A stretch of 64,000 nt of DNA from Anthoceros angustus. Taxonomy: Eukaryota > Plantae > Anthocerotophyta. The stretch is from positions 2,356,001 through 2,420,000 of the forward strand of contig MU008159.1 of assembly GCA_010909165.1 (NCBI GenBank). Direction: 5' to 3'. Every line of letters begins with the position of its first letter. Within the stretch, counting starts at the first letter, position 1. This document shows, piece by piece, positions 1 to 12,089 of this stretch. Below the pieces are notes generated by a model. That model had not been told where the DNA came from and did no database searches. It worked only from the letters and a program-made list of their open reading frames with translations. The translations under genes were made by a program, and so were the position numbers.

Positions 1-1159
1 CAAGAACTCGCATATCATTGTATTACAAATCTTTATATGTAGCGCTAATCAGCTTGTCCTAGTGTATCTCCATTGGAATTGCGGCGCAATCCAAAAGGAA
101 GTACACTAGGATTCTACCTAGATTCGCAGGTTGCTATAAAATTTTTCAACCGTATACTCCTGAGGGTTGAACTCACTACTCCCACTCGCTCTAAAGCTAT
201 CTAATTGCTTTGTGTCTTGACGGATCATCTTGAGGATTGAGGAGGATCTTGTTCCTCTGAAGATTACATGTGCGTGAGGACTCCGATGAAGGCCTCCAGT
301 CCTCCGACTCAGAATCCAAAAGGAAGAGTCCTCCGAGACCCCGAACTGAAATGGGATTAGGTAGCAGGCATGTAGGCTAGTTGGGGTTAGATAGGAAAGT
401 TCCGGACTCTCCTAACCCCGGACCTCGAACATGCTTCTCGTGCGCTCTTTTGAAAGAGCTTTCGTTAATATATCAGGGTTTTCTTGTAGGCACATACTCC
501 GCCTGTTTCACTAACCTTCCGCTTGCGTTTGGGATCTTGTGTTTGAGCTCGTGAAGTGAGATCAAGATTGGAAGTGAGGAGTCAAAGTGTGAGCTCCTCT
601 TCACTCGGAAGGTCACCAGAGGATCCTTCAACCTTAGCTAAGGATCTAAATACTCCTATGTGTTTTTCGGTGGAATCACCTCACCGCCATTACACTAATG
701 ACATTTCGCCCGCAGTCCTTCAACCTCTTCCAGATGGCAAATTGACATTTCAACATTTCAACATGCCTCTACATTTCGGATGTTACGACTAACCATGCTT
801 CGTGAAATCCCTCAGATTGGTTTTTCAGCACGGCATACTATGTAGATTATCAAGTGAAGGCCTATCGAAACTCTATACCTATTGCGTCTATTAGAAATTA
901 GCTCGAGGCCGCTTGGCGTCTGGATTGGCCATTTCATTAGGCGACTTTGCTGCTAATATGCAAGAACTCGCATATCATTGTATTACAAATCTTTATATGT
1001 AGCCTGCCAATCAGGCACTTGTCCTAGTGTATCTCCATTGGAATTGCAGAAGGCTGCAATCCAAAAGGAAGTACACTAGGATTCCTACCTAGATTCGCAG
1101 GTTGCTATAAAATTTTTCAACTGGTATACTCCATGGCCTAGGGTTGAACTCACTACTCC
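1..1159. repeat. Tandem duplication, unit about 980 bp; 1-182 is the tail of a preceding copy of 961-1159
   Basis: caagaactcgcatatcattg occurs at 1 and 961. The junction microhomology ctactcc is at 176-182, 1153-1159 and 5906-5912. Confidence 0.9.
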
Positions 1160-1317
1160 AGCCATGGAGTAGCGAGATTGTATACATGTCCTGACCAGGC
1201 CCTTGATGATTCGGCCAATTTTACCCCCTGCAGTCTACCTAACATGCATATATAGCCCTACATGCAATATCTAGAAAAACGGAATTCCCATGGTTCAAGG
1301 AAGTTGCCTTCCTCGAA

Positions 1318-1585
1318 ATAGGTTTCTATCTACATGCTACTTTTCCCAAGGACCAAGGAACATCCTTCCGAAACCCCGACCAAGGACTAGGTTTCTATCT
1401 ACATACCATTTTCCCAAGGACCAAGGAACATCCTTCCGAACCTCAAGACCAAGGACTCGAAATAGGCTTCTATCTACTTGCTACTTTTCCCAAGGACCAA
1501 GGAACATCATTCAAACCCCAAGACCAAGGACTTGAGTCTGCTTTCCCAAACCCCAAAGACCAAGGACTTGAGTCCTACCTATTTG
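1318..1585. repeat. Tandem array of about 70 bp units (3 full plus partial); copy at 7066-7325
   Basis: Repeating aggtttctatctac...ttttcccaaggaccaaggaacatc...caagaccaaggact. Confidence 0.9.
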
Positions 1586-2099
1586 AATAGATAGGACTAC
1601 GGACTCGGTAGCGGACTTGAGCGGCCACCGCTTCTCGGTGTGACCACACCAAGTAAGTCCTCCCATCACCACTTCCTAGGACTCCCCTCTTGTGCGTGGG
1701 AAACTAGGCGAGGTAAGAGGAGCTCTCGCTCACGACATTCGGTGCAAGGAGTCCGGTGAGGTCCTCGGGTTAAACAACATGTTCAAGCCACTTGTTGGAT
1801 GAGAAGCTTGTTTCTTTGAATATGCGGTGGGTCATTGTGCTTCTCCTTCCAAGTCGAGCTCTCAAGAAAGCTGAGCACAGGAGGTGTGCCGGATTGGATA
1901 TGGGAGTCGTGACACTGTAACCATCGACGTTATGTGAGTAGGGAAAGCTTCGAGGCCGTTGGAGCTCTGTAAAATCGCGTAGATAGACTATTCTATTCCT
2001 CGATCCGCTTATATGTCGTGCTAAAACTTTGTGCGATAAGAAGGACATGGTTGTGGGATGACGCGTTCATGATCTCACAATCAAACTTGGACGAGTCAA

Positions 2100-2745
2100 T
2101 CACATACTTGGGGAACCATATCTTGCGATGTATGTATCCGGAGGTAGGCTGGGGAGGGTGGGCAAACCAAATCCCTTCATGTGGTTTTCAATAATCTCCG
2201 CACATGCTACACATGGGGAGCCTAATGAGGCGATACAACTTTACTATGCGATGTGTCGCTCGGTGTGAAGGCGGATGCCCACATCTTTGTAGCACCCTTC
2301 AAGCTTGTGCATTTTCTTTGTGGACTCGAATCTAGCGAAAAGTGCGGCATGATATGTTGCAGTGACATTCCACCGAACTTGTTTATTGCCAATGTGGTGG
2401 ACATGTACGCAAACCGTGGTGAATCGGAAGAGGCAAACACGGTTTTCGATAGGTTAGCGAAAGGATGTCGTGACATGGACGGCCCCGATAGTTGGGTATG
2501 CAAATCATGGGCTTGGCCAAGAGGCGCTTGCCGTATGGACAAATGGAGAAGGAGGGCTCGATTGTGGGCAACCATGTTACCTTTGCTTGCCTTCCAAGGC
2601 TGCAAACGCAAGTGCCTTAGAAGGGGCGACTGCACTCTGATTGTGGAGAGAGGACTAGATAACACACTTGTGGGCACTTGCAGTGGACATGTAGGCAAAG
2701 TGTGGCGAAGTAGAAGATGCGCATCAAGTTTTTCAATGCTTGAGC
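2100..2745 (+). pseudogene. PLS-class pentatricopeptide repeat (PPR) gene fragment, frameshifted and truncated
   Basis: Same sequence as the 7800-8730 copy (LFIANVVDMYAN, DNTLVGTC). It switches to unrelated sequence after 2745. Confidence 0.85.
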
Positions 2746-4963
2746 ATTCTCGTCTTGCAAACGTGCGACGTTGCAACTTTGTTGTCCACTCGCATTTTCT
2801 CATGGCTTCAACATCCGATCCTGCATAATTGCCACACTACATCTCTTTCACATTTCACATGGATGCACACCGCAGGGGAAAGTAGAACATCAACACGGGC
2901 GTCCCGGATAGCAACAACCAAAGAGCGAGGAGAAGAGGGCTGGCGATGGAAGCGAGATCGGTAGAATACCCAAGTCGCTTTAATGGCTCGGTACTCCTTA
3001 GTGTATTCATGGATGCTAGTTCATATGGCTTCTCGCATCAAGAAATCACGCTCGAAAGCTGATGTCCAATTTTTGGTGGAAGTTGTTTGACTAAATGACA
3101 CATGAAGAGGACTGCATGTCTCTTGCACGAAGGTGGTGCATGTCTCTTGCTTGAAGGTGGTGCATCTCTCTTGCCCGAGGGTGTTGTGGAGTCTTGGTTG
3201 CGCCGCCCGCTTCTGTGCCGTTCCTAACTCTTGCTATGATTTATGTGAGAGCACGAAAGCAAGTGGTACATTTTGGGGAACCGTGGCTTGTGTCTCTCTC
3301 GCGCCGGGCCCGTGAATTTGTCAATGGCACTACGCTTACAATGTGAATTTGTCAATGGCACTGGAAGCCCGAGAGGCGTATAACGTGCAAGATCGCTTTG
3401 CAATGGACCTTGTATATGAGACTACGTTGTGAATTTGGTGTAAACGTGCGAGGCTGATCCGGCCTTGTCATACATTTTACAACATACAAGTGCGCTTTGA
3501 CGGGCTGTTGTAAATTAGACTATGTTGTAAAATTGTGGGAGGCCTATCTTGGCCTCTCTTAAACGCTTTACAATGTACGGTGAGGTTTGCAATGGATCGT
3601 GTTGTAAATTAGATTAGGTTATGCGATGTGTCGCTCGGTGTGAAGGCGGATGCCCACATCTTTGTAGCAGCCCTTCAAGCTTGTGCATTTGTGGACTCGA
3701 ATCTAGCGAAAAGTGCAAGATGATATGTTGCATGCTGACATTCCACCGAACTTGTTTATTGCCAATCGTCGGTGGACATGTACGCAAACCGTGGTGAATC
3801 GGAAGAGGCAAACACGGTTTTCGATAGGTTAGCGTAAAGGATGTCGTGACATGGACGGCCTGATAGTTGGGTATGCAAATCATGGGCTTGGCCAAGAGGC
3901 GCTTGTTCATGGACAAATGGAGAAGGAGGGTTGTGGGCAACCATGTTACCTTTGCTTGCCTTAAGGCTGCAAACGCAAGTGCCTTATGAGGGCATGACTC
4001 TGCATTGGAGAGAGGACTAGATAACACTTGTGGGCACTTGCCCGGTGGACATGTAGGCAAAGTGTGTAGAAGATGCGCATCAAGTTTTTCAATGCTTGAG
4101 CATTCTCGTCTTGCAAACGTGCGACGCTTGCAACTTTGTTGTCCACTGCATTTTCTCATGGCTTCAACATCCGATCCTGCATAATTGCCACACTACATCT
4201 CTTTCACATTTCACATGGATGCAACTGCAGTGGGGAAAGTAGAACATCAACACGGGCGTCCCGGATAGCGACAACCAAAGAGCGAGGAGAAGAGGGGCTC
4301 GATGGAAGCGAGATCGAGAATACCCAAGTTTAATGGCTCTGTACTCCTTAGTGTATTCATGGATGCTAGTTCATATGGCTTCTCGCATCAAGAAATCACG
4401 CCTGAAAAGGTCCAATTTTGGTGGAAGTTGTTTGACTAAATGACACATGAAGAGGACGCATGTCTCTTGCTCAAGGTGGTGCATGTCTCTTGCTTGAAGG
4501 TGGTGCATCTCTCTTGCCCGAGGGTGTTGTGGAGTCTTGGTTGCGCCGCCTCCGCTTCTGTGCCGTTCCTAACTCTTGCTATGATTTATGTGAGAGCCGA
4601 AAGCAAGTGGTACTTTTGGGGAACCGTGGCTTGTGTCTCTACGCGCCGGTGGCTCGTGAATTTGTCAATGGCACTACGCTTACAATGTGAATTTGTCAAT
4701 GGCACCGAAGCCCGAGAGGCGTATACAACGTGCAAGATCGCTTTGCAATGGACCTTGTATATGAGACTACGTTGAATTTGGTGTAAACGTGCAGGCTGAT
4801 CCGGCCTTGTCATACATTTTACAACATACAAGTGCGCTTTGCAATGTTGTAAATTAGACTATGTTGTAAAATTGTGGAGGCCTATCTTGGCCTCTCTTAA
4901 ACGCTTTACAATGTACGGTGAGGTTTGCAATGGATCGTGTTGTAAATTAGATTAGGTTATGCG
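2245..4963. repeat. Tandem duplication 2245-3619 / 3620-4963 (PPR piece plus downstream block)
   Basis: Junction microhomology tatgcg at 2245-2250, 3620-3625 and 4958-4963, with colinear copies. Confidence 0.92.
3620..4101 (+). pseudogene. Second partial PPR copy
   Basis: Duplicate of 2245-2745. Confidence 0.8.
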
Positions 4964-5075
4964 TATGTTGTAAAACATGAGAGAGGCCGATCCGCCGTCT
5001 CAAACATTTTACAACGTACAATTGGGCTTTACAGCGGACCGTGTTGTAAAACACGGTCCGTAAAGCCCAATTGAA
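4730..5075. repeat. Array of gttgtaaa/tttacaac motifs in both orientations (TE subterminal-like), ending in a long hairpin; partial copy at 3380-3620
   Basis: Many ttgtaaa and tttacaa(c) motifs. The same motif dominates 8770-9920. Confidence 0.6.
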
Positions 5076-5559
5076 TGCTTTGTCTTGCCGAGGAGGTGAG
5101 GAGGAGAAGCGGGAGGAGGATGACAGAGGTGTGTTTGGGTATACCTCTTCACTCCCACTTGTTGATCATTTTGGAAAGTGATGCTCCAACAACCGGATCA
5201 TCTCCGGTCCTTGTAGGATGGAGTCGGGTGAAAGCTGCAGATGCATTGCGTTCGCCCCCTCGCTCTATATATTCGAGCGTGCGGTGAGAAACCAGTCCTC
5301 ACCAGTGCGTTATATTCCTCTTCTTCATCTTCACGCCTGCAATTGGAGAAGGGGTTGTGGAGCGTAACACGGTCGAGATGTCGCCCTCCTCTAAGGATGC
5401 GAACCCCGCCACCAAGAAGAGACTCCCTAGGCCGCTGCGCAAGCAAGGCGGCTAGGACAACGCCTGCCGCAAGGGACCCGACACTGCCGCTGGGGAAGCT
5501 CGAGCCGACCAAGAAACGGAGCGCCCTCGCACAACGCTGTGTGGCCGAGGACTAGGCGC

Positions 5560-7060
5560 GAGGCCATAATCGGGAGGACATGGGAGGTCCTCCATTGCGG
5601 CGCTTAGCTTCCACAATTTCTCCCACGCTGCCCCTACGCCACCGCCAAAAGAGGGAGCCTGGCCTACATGTGGGCCCGAGGCTATGTCTGACGGAGGAGG
5701 TGAGGCCCTCACGGCCTCGAATTTCCCTCGAGGTAACCCCGATAAGGATGTGAAGATTGTGAGCCTAGGCCTGCAGCCAGCTCTCCTATCTCGTATCGAT
5801 GCAAGCATCTTGTCGGTCATGAAGCGGATCAGTGCGTGAGTTCTGCCGCTGTCGGTCATGTTGTAAGTCGCCATGAAGTGACCGGGTTTTGCTTCATCTC
5901 TGCTCCTACTCCCACTCGCTCTAAAGCTATCTAATTGCTTTGTGTCTTGACAGGATCTCTTGAGGATTGAGGAGGATCTTGTTCCTCGAAGATTACATGT
6001 GCGTGAGGACTCGATGAAGGCCTCCAGATCCCTCCGACTCGGAGAATCCAAAGGAAGAGTCCTCCAGACCGACTTAACAGCCGGGATTAGGTAGCAGGGC
6101 ATGTAGGCTAGTTGGGGTTAGATAGGAAAGTTCCGCACTCTCTAACCCCGGACCTCGAACATGCTTCTCGTGCAGCTCTTTTGAAAGAGCTTTAATATAT
6201 CCGGGTTTTCTTGTGTAGGCACATACTCCAGTTGCTTGACTAACCTTCCGCTTGCGTTTGGGATCGTGTTTGAGCTCGGAAGTGAGATCAAGATTCGGAA
6301 GTGAGATGAGGAGTCAAAGTGTGAGCTCCTCTTCACTCGAAGGTCACCGGAGGATCCTTCAACCTTAGCACTAAGGATCTAAATACTCCTATGTGTTTTT
6401 CGTGGAATCACCTCAATGCGCCATTACACTAATGACATTTCGTCCCGACAGGTCCTTCAACCTCTTCCAGATCTGCGGTGACATTTCAACATTTCAACAT
6501 GCCTCTACATTTCGGATGTTACGACTAACCATGCTTCGTGAAATCCCTCAGATTGGTTTTTCAGACTCGCATACTATGTAGATTATCAGCAAGTGAAGGC
6601 CTATCAGAAACTCTATACCTATTGCGTCTATTAGAAATTAGCTCAGCAGGGCGAGGCTGCCACTGCTGGCGCTTTGGATTGGCCATTTCATTAGGCCTGA
6701 CTTTGTGCTGCTAATATGCAAGAACTCTGCATATCATTGTATTACAAATCTTTATATGTAGCCTGCCAATCAGGCAGTTGTCCTAGTGTATCTCCATTGG
6801 AATTGCGTATACGCAATCCAAAAGGAAGTACACTAGGATTCCTAGATTCGCAGTTGCTATAAAATTTTCAACCGTATACTCCACGGCCTAGGTTGAACTC
6901 ACTACTCCACCATGGAGTAGCGAGATTGTATACATGTCGACGGCCCTTGATGAGTCGGCCAATTTTACCCCTGCCTACCTAACATGCATATATAGCCCTA
7001 CATGCAATATCTAGAAAAGCGAATTCCCATGGTTCAAGGAAGTTGCCTTCCTCGGCCCTC
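5560..7060 (-). mobile_element. Degenerate LTR-retrotransposon-like (gag/pol-type) coding relic; second copy at about 1-1300
   Basis: Broken minus-strand frames (ORF 5452-6102; LKNFIATCESR; a possible decayed CCHC knuckle near 6420-6450) lie next to a leader-like tandem array. No diagnostic motif is intact. Confidence 0.3.
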
Positions 7061-7799
7061 GAAATAGGTTTCTATCTACATGCTACTTTTCCCAAGGACC
7101 AAGGAACATCCTTCCAAACCCGAAGACCAAGGACTAGGTTTCTATCTACATACCATTTTCCCAAGGACCAAGGAACATCCTTCCAACCCAAGACCAAGGA
7201 CTCGAAATAGGCTTCTATCTACTTGCTACTTTTCCCAAGGACCAAGGAACATCATTCAACCTCAAGACCAAGGACTTGAGTCCTTCCCAAACCCCAAAGA
7301 CCAAGGACTTGAGTCCTACCTATTTGAATAGATAGGACTACGGACTCGGGTAGCGGACTTGAGCGGCCACCGCTTCTCGGTGTGACCACACCAAGTAATC
7401 CTCCCATCACCACTTCCTAGGACTCCCCTCTTGTGCGTGGGAAACTAGGCGAGGTAAGAGGAGCTCGCTCACCGATCTGCAAGGAGTCCGGTGAGGTCCT
7501 CGGGTTAAACAACATGTTCAAGCCACTTGTTGGATGAGAAGCTTGTTTCTTTGAATATGCAGTGGGTCATTGTGCTTCTCCTTCCAAGTCGAGCTCCCAA
7601 GCCCGAGCTGGGAGGTGTGCGGATTGGATATGGGAGTCGTGACACTGTAACCATCGACGTTATGTGAGTAGGGAAAGCTTCGAGGCCGTTGGAGCTCAAA
7701 ATCAGCGAGATAGACTATTCTATTCCTCACCATCTTATATGTCGTGCTAAAACTTTGTGCGATAAGAAGGACATGGTTGTGGGATGACGCTCATGATCT

Positions 7800-8730
7800 C
7801 ACATCAAACTTGGGTACGAGTCAATCACATACTTGGGGAACCATATCTTGCGATGTATGTATCCGGAGGTAGGCTACGGAGGGTGGGCAAACCAAATCCC
7901 TTCATGTGGTTTTCAATAATCTCCGCACATGCTACACATGGGGAGCCTAATGAGGCGATACAACTTTACTATGCGATGTGTCGCTCGGTGAAGGCGGATG
8001 CCCACATCTTTGTAGCAGCCCTTCAAGCTTGTGCATTTGTGGACACGAATCTAGCGAGAAAAGTGCGATGATATGTTGCATGTGACATTCCACCGAACTT
8101 GTTTATTGCCAATCGGTGGACATGTACGCAAACCGTGGTGAATGGAAGAGGCACACACGGTTTTCGATAGGTTAGGCAGAAAGGATGTTGTGACATGGAC
8201 GGCCCTGATAGTTGGGTATGCAAATCATGGGCTTGGCCAAGAGGCGCTTGTTCTGTATGGACAAATGGAGAAGGAGGGCATGATTGTGGGCAACCATGTT
8301 ACCTTTGCTTGCCTTCCGAAGGCCTGTGCAAACGCAAGTGCCTTACAGAAGGGCAGGCAGCTGCACTCACAGATTGTGGAGAGAGGACAGCTAGATAACA
8401 CACTTGTGGGCACTTGCCTGGTGGACATGTAGGCAAAGTGTGGCGAAGTAGAAGATGCGCATCAAGTTTTTGAATGCTTGAGCCCAAAGGATGTGGTGAC
8501 TTGGAATGCCACGATTCTTTGGGTATGGATGAAAGGGCTTGGTCAAGAGGCGCTATTTTTGTATGGACGAATGCAACAGGAGGGCCCGCTTGTGGTGATG
8601 AGGTTACTTTTGCTTGCCTTTTGAAGGCATGTGCAAGCATTGGTGCCTTCTGAGGCGGCCGCACTCACGCTTGTGCAAAGAGGACATTTGGATAACGACT
8701 TGTGGGCGCTCGGTGGACTGATGCCAAGAT
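7800..8730 (+). pseudogene. PLS-class PPR protein gene relic (longest copy)
   Basis: Joined frames read KPNPFMWFSIISAHATHGEPNEAIQLY...VKADAHIFVAALQACA, KDVVTWTALIVGYANHGLGQEALVLYGQMEKEG, HVTFACL.KACA...ALQKGRQLHSQIVERG, VGTCLVDM*AKCGEVEDAHQVF and KDVVTWNA. It contains a stop codon and frameshifts. Confidence 0.92.
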
Positions 8731-8769
8731 GCATGCCTCGTTTTGATTATTAGGAAAATTCTTACACCG

Positions 8770-9921
8770 ACATTTACAATGCTGGCACTATTTATAAATC
8801 GATAAATTTGTATAACATTTTACAATGTATTTGCAATGAACATGCACATCGCAATTTCACTAATATATAGCCTCATAAATGACATAAATCGGAAAAGGTC
8901 TCTTCCACATATTTACAACTGATAAAGCATGCCACATCTTCTTACTAATATATAACCTCATAAATTACATAAATAAGGAAAAGGCATGCCACATCGAATC
9001 TTACTAATATATAACCTCATAAATTACATAAATAAGGAAAAGGCATGCCACATCAATCTTACTAATATATAACCTCATAAATTACATAAATAAGGAAAAG
9101 GTCTCTTCCAAAATTTTACAACGGCATTTTGACAAACATGCCACATCAGCAAATAATATATTTATTCATGGATATTGGCTTGTGCATTTTACAACCATAG
9201 TTACGACGCATGTGCCACGTCAAGAATATACAATAAAATGAATAATCCAATAATATAACATAAATTGGAGAAACCATTTTACAATGATATTTGCAATGAG
9301 CTTGCCATGTCAGCAAATAATAAATTTATTTATAGATATTTATATAAATGGTTTTCATGCGTTTTACAACCATAGCTACAATGCATGTGACACGTCAAGA
9401 ATACAAAAAAAAAGATAATCCCATAACTAACATAAATCCAGAGAAACATATTTACAACATCATTTGCAACGAACTTGCCACATCAGCAAATAATAAATCT
9501 ATTCATAGATATTCCAATAAATGGTATTATTCCAAAAATCAAGTCTTGCACAATTTACAACCACATCTACAACAAACATGGTTTACAACGTCTTTTACAA
9601 GTAATTTTACAACATCCTTTATGCCACGTCATTATAAATTCAACAAAATGTAGTTTTATTAACAAATAACCCCCATAGTTTTCTAAATCAAAAGAGTTTA
9701 TGCACAATTAACAACGTCATGTACAACGAGCAAGCCATGTCAACAAACCCCGTTGTAAAATTTGTGTCAACATGCCATGTCAACAAATCCCGTTGTAAAA
9801 TTCGTCAACATGCCATGTCAACAAACCCTTGTAAAATCCATGCCACATCATATTAGTTAGGAACCCTTGTTGTAAATGTTCAAAAACTTACAGGCTTTGA
9901 GTCAGTAAGAGTGTTGTAGTT
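8770..9921. mobile_element. Probable CACTA-type terminal region with hierarchical subterminal repeats
   Basis: About 58-bp units x4 (8843-9100), about 165-bp units x3 (9130-9520) and about 37-bp units x3 (9730-9850), plus many tttacaac motifs. It ends gtgttgtagtt (9911-9921), one base off a reverse-complement CACTACAAC terminus. Confidence 0.5.
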
Positions 9922-9959
9922 TCCTCTAACTAAACTTAGACCCATTTGTAAAAGGTAGC

Positions 9960-10370
9960 CCCTCCTGAGCATGTGGTGAGGGGAGGCCGTGGCCACGGCT
10001 GGGGAGGATGCCTACGGCCGGCGCCCATGGGCGGTGTTAGGGGAGGGCGGCCACCGGGCCCTCCCACGCGCGAACCACCCGTAGGGTGGGCAAACCAGTG
10101 GTGCGCGCGAGGGCGCGCCGGCCGGCCTCCGCCTCTCGCACACACCCGAGGCCCACCGATGGTGGCGCGTGGAGGGGCGCCACCGGCCGCCTCCCACGCT
10201 GAACCACCCGTAGGGTGGGCCTACTGGTGGTGCTTAGGCGCAGGGTGGCCCGGGCCACGGCTCACCCCCACCACCACCGTGATGTCCCGATGGGTGGATG
10301 ACAGGCCGCCCGGCCGGGCCCCGCCCCATTGTGGCCCTCCCTTCCACGCACCCCTGAGTGGCACTTCCAT
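9960..10370. repeat. GC-rich segment with a 20-bp direct repeat containing a small hairpin
   Basis: gaaccacccgtagggtgggc at 10072 and 10201 (stem ccaccc/gggtgg). Confidence 0.6.
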
Positions 10371-10439
10371 CGAAAATTCAATAGGCTAACCTTAGAAGCA
10401 ACCTTAGAATGAAGGCCAACCTTAGAAGCAAATGTCTCA

Positions 10440-11013
10440 AATCGAGCTGGATCCGCTCTCCGAGTGTAGAGGGTACTCCGAAAACATCCTGTATGCGGTG
10501 GACAAAAAGCGATAAGGGATAAGCTCATGAGTTGCATGGCTTCATACAACCCACGGTCCAAAGTGTCAAAGATAGCGATGACAATGCAGGAGAAGTCGGA
10601 CCAAGTGATGACGAAGGATTGAACTCAGGGATGAGTGAAACTGAAATCTCGCTTTTTCCGGGTCCCGAGTTAATGTTGTAAGTCTCAGTCAGCATGTTAC
10701 TCAGGAAATACCACATCCGTGGCTTTGTGGTGTCATAACAAAACCACATTTTCCTCCCAAACCGAGTTCTGATCGTCCCTTCCCTAGAACGGCCTTCTCA
10801 CTGCCTTCTACTTTGCATTATTCCCTAGGTTTGAGTTTCGACCACCATTCGACACAAACATTGCCGGATGGAAAGTAGTAACTTTCTTGGGTGACACCCT
10901 TTTTTTGGAGTTGTTTTTCGAATGCCTTCAAAACTGCTTTAGGGCCCATCAAAACCCCTTCAGATTATTTGGAAAACCCCTTGAGATTATTCACCCTTCA
11001 AAATTATCATGTT
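10440..11013 (+). mobile_element. Sola-like element fragment: transposase C-terminal tail plus terminal inverted repeat end
   Basis: 10480-10570 aligns with 40867-40950 (KH..VDKKAI.DKL.EL.GFIQP). The end cccttcaaaattatcatgtt matches the termini at 21424 and 45794. Confidence 0.7.
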
Positions 11014-11512
11014 AGAACCTATACTTGCTTTGAAGGGAGATAAATTCATACCGTGGCCCTATATGTCGATGACTGCATCATATTTACCAATGATCCACGA
11101 AAGCTACTTGTAGACGTAAAGGAGATGCTTGCTGCCAAGTTTAAAATGAGAGATCTTGGACCCCTGGAATTCTGCCTTGGTGTGCAGATTTGACGGGATA
11201 CAGAAGCAGGCATGTTGACTCTCCTTCAGTCCAAGTACGTCCTCGAAATTGTGGACAAGTTCAAGCTATCAGATGCTCGTCCTGCTCCGACTCCGCTTCC
11301 AACTGGAGTGAAGCTTAGAGCTAACGACTGCCCCACTACCGAAGTCGAAAAAGAGGACATGGCCAAGATGCCATACCCGAGTGCCGTTGGTAACCTCATT
11401 TACCTCCATAGTTGGACACGTTACGACATCTCCTATGCCACTTCCGCTGTTGCACAATTTATGTCTAACCCTGGCAGGGCACACTGGATGTGCGTAAAGA
11501 GGACGTGCTACT
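11014..11512 (+). mobile_element. Ty1/copia reverse transcriptase fragment
   Basis: ALYVDDCIIF...KEMLAAKFKMRDLGPLEFCLGVQI*RD...LLQSKYVLEIVDKFKLSDARPAPTPL...YPSAVGNLIYL...TRYDISYATSAVAQFMSNPGRAHW. Confidence 0.93.
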
Positions 11513-11519
11513 CCCTTTA

Positions 11520-11985
11520 GTTTACAGTGTAAAAAAATGGGACTTTTCCCTAAATGCTAATTGAGACCTTTTGAAACATACATTCATGTTAGTTTCATCT
11601 CCCTAAATGGGATTTTCAATTTATTTTACTAAATTAAAAAAAGAAAAGAAAAAGGAATCGATTATTTCATAGCACAATAGACTTTTAGGTGTGATTGAAG
11701 ACTCTTAAGCTAAGCTTTTTCCTTTATGAGAGGTAGAGGTTTTTTAATGCTGCTTAGAGAGAGTGCTAGCTTTTAGGCAACTATATAGAGAAGTGGTAAA
11801 AGTTATTTTTAGTGAAACCTATCAATCAAAATTTAAATTTTCTTTTTTTTTGAGCATTTTTTGATTTTTGAAAAATTTATAATATGTTCATTATTTTTTA
11901 AATAGGGAAAATGTAATCGAGATACCTCCCTTAATGGGACCTCTAAAGGCACTCCGAACCAGTCCCAATTAGGGGGTGGACTGTA
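11520..11985. mobile_element. End of a pogo/Tigger-like (Tc1/mariner) element
   Basis: gtcccaattagggggtggactg-ta (11962-11985) is the reverse complement of ta-cagtccaccccctaattgggac, close to the left TIR at 51796-51821. The subterminal aaatggga motif is shared. Confidence 0.7.
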
Positions 11986-12089
11986 TATAAGAGTACGACA
12001 AAGATGTATATGTACCTATATAAGAGTACGATCCACGTTTGTACACATTACCCGATCCGACCAGTCGTATTTTCGCTAATCACAGCACT

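Larger units (their letters stand above)
176..2745. repeat. Segmental duplicate of 5906-8483 (retroelement-like relic, 70-bp array and PPR fragment)
   Basis: Colinear near-identity, e.g. cccactcgctctaaagctatctaattgc at 181 and 5911, running to ...aatgcttgagc at 2745 and 8483. The copies differ mainly by small indels. Confidence 0.95.

Noticed and set aside
2835-2845. cactacatct as a CACTA start
   Set aside because: There are no adjacent subterminal repeats or partner end, and it is not at the homology breakpoint (2745).
5036-5075. Helitron 3' hairpin
   Set aside because: There is no CTRR terminus at the expected distance downstream.
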